DNA of 5,392 bases, taken from the IMG/VR virus record IMGVR_UViG_2724679140_000006, one strand, 5' to 3'. Below the pieces are notes generated by a model, which was not told the origin of the DNA, did not search any database, and worked only from the letters and a program-made list of their open reading frames with translations. The translations under genes were made by a program, and so were the position numbers. Origin of the DNA: a virus. Taxonomy: Duplodnaviria > Heunggongvirae > Uroviricota > Caudoviricetes. Positions 5,339 through 5,392 of the stretch are shown in pieces; within the stretch, counting starts at the first letter, position 1, and each line of letters starts with the position of its first letter.

Positions 5339-5392
5339 ATCTGCCTTTTGGTGATCATGCCTGAGGCAGATAGCCTCAAGCACCCATTATGA

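Noticed and set aside
5340-5392. relE/relB-like genes upstream of hok, as in the K-12 Qin prophage
   Set aside because: The minus-strand frames entering from the right edge do not resemble a RelE C-terminus. Nothing here supports a relBE operon, though the window ends too soon to exclude one further upstream.

Overview
This window reads as the late-regulatory and moron region of a lambdoid, E. coli-type prophage, with every credible gene on the minus strand. All family assignments are recalled by eye from the translations; no search was run. In minus-strand order (high to low coordinate): a hok type I toxin (HokD/RelF-like) with a fold-back 3' UTR and terminator; a 58-aa ORF; three translationally coupled genes (DUF1367-like, YbcO/DUF1364-like, Q-like antiterminator); a pR'-like promoter overlapping the Q stop codon with an intrinsic terminator about 60 nt downstream; an ORF6N/antirepressor-like gene; four phage tRNAs (Ile2-CAU, Arg-UCU, Thr-UGU, Gly-UCC) with their own promoter; about 700 bp of AT-rich non-coding DNA with terminator hairpins; and a moron encoding a lipoprotein whose C-terminus resembles TolA domain III, bracketed by two copies of a structured 103-123 nt repeat. 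The TolA-like lipoprotein and its flanking repeats are the most likely novel element. No CRISPR array, IS element, transposase or rRNA was seen.
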